Origin: Clostridia bacterium
Lineage (GTDB): Bacteria > Bacillota > Clostridia > UMGS1883
Direction of reading: 5' to 3'
Length of the DNA: 64,000 nucleotides
Assembly (NCBI GenBank): GCA_045638945.1
Contig: JAZUCF010000024.1
Span: 93,275 to 157,274 of the forward strand
The notes beneath the pieces were generated by a model. It did no database searches. It was not told the origin of the DNA and saw only the letters and a list, made by a program, of their open reading frames with translations. Both the position numbers and the translations under genes were made by a program. Positions 63,721-64,000 of this stretch are shown piece after piece (positions within the stretch are counted from its first letter, which is position 1; each line of letters begins with the position of its first letter).

Positions 63721-64000
63721 ATGACGGTTATTCTTGCAGCTATGCTTGCTGTTATAATTTTAATATTGTTTGCGCCTCTTAGGCTTAGTTTGTCTTTTAA
63801 AAATTCCGATTTTCGTGCAAAGATTGTTTTGGCAGGAATCCCTATGTACACATATAAAGGGAAAAAAGACAAAAAAAGTATTGACGAGGCAGTAGAGGAT
63901 AGGGTAAAATCATTAGAGAAGGATACCTTGTCCTTGGGTGAAAAAATTAAGCGGATTGCAAGTATTTCACGCCTTGCGGCAAAACTTTTAGGTAAATATA
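63721..64000 (+). CDS. 3'-truncated ORF (runs off the window), N-terminal TM helix; possibly DUF2953/sporulation-associated
   Basis: ATG at 63721, and the frame stays open to base 64000 (MTVILAAMLAVIILILFAPLRLSLSFKNSDF...). Not in the supplied track because it has no stop. The family guess rests on the N-terminal pattern and its position after scpB. Confidence 0.45.
   Translation, partial: MTVILAAMLAVIILILFAPLRLSLSFKNSDFRAKIVLAGIPMYTYKGKKDKKSIDEAVEDRVKSLEKDTLSLGEKIKRIASISRLAAKLLGKY

Noticed and set aside
1-64000. CRISPR arrays, rRNA, tRNA genes
   Set aside because: I saw no regularly spaced direct repeats of 25-40 nt and no cloverleaf-compatible T-arm/acceptor sequence other than the tmRNA. 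This was visual inspection only; tRNAscan or CRISPR finders were not run.

Overview
All family calls come from motif recognition by eye; no database search or folding program was run.

This is a low-GC Firmicutes chromosome segment that looks like Clostridia (IspH-S1 fusion, split transketolase, mini-RNase III, DUF2953-like gene after scpAB). About 55 CDS are well supported, and most are housekeeping:
- aminopeptidase P-like, aspartate aminotransferase, ddh
- secG-rnr-smpB-ssrA
- psd-pssA, malic enzyme, cysE-cysS-mrnC
- transketolase halves, pcrA, cmk, plsC, ispH/S1, xpt
- a BMP-type nucleoside ABC transporter and scpAB

There is one RNA gene, a tmRNA (ssrA, 20197..20544, minus strand). I saw no rRNA, tRNA or CRISPR array.

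The accessory region runs from about 5.0 to 20.2 kb. Its core is an AT-rich element of about 11 kb (about 8.9-20.15 kb) lying directly downstream of ssrA. It carries:
- two paralogous, inversely oriented large serine recombinases
- a P4-type primase/helicase
- DUF1643-like and Mor-like genes
- two cargo modules that I consider the best candidates for an undescribed system

Candidate (i), 17337..19779: a translationally coupled three-gene module. It encodes a YdjI/COG4260-like SPFH protein ending in three zinc ribbons, a 4-TM protein, and a 2-TM/wHTH-like/zinc-ribbon protein. It is co-transcribed with a recombinase, and no PspA is present in the window.

Candidate (ii), 9215..10159: a stand-alone DUF4062 (TIR-like) gene with its own near-consensus promoter. 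It is followed by a GC-rich, helix-dense non-coding block of about 240 nt (8975..9214) and a perfect 26-bp-arm palindrome that contains a 16/17 copy of the ssrA 3' end.

Smaller observations:
- a terminator-containing leader upstream of the malic enzyme gene
- a compact structured element between secG and rnr
- a shared upstream motif in front of two adjacent genes
- a 92-110 nt rnr/smpB overlap
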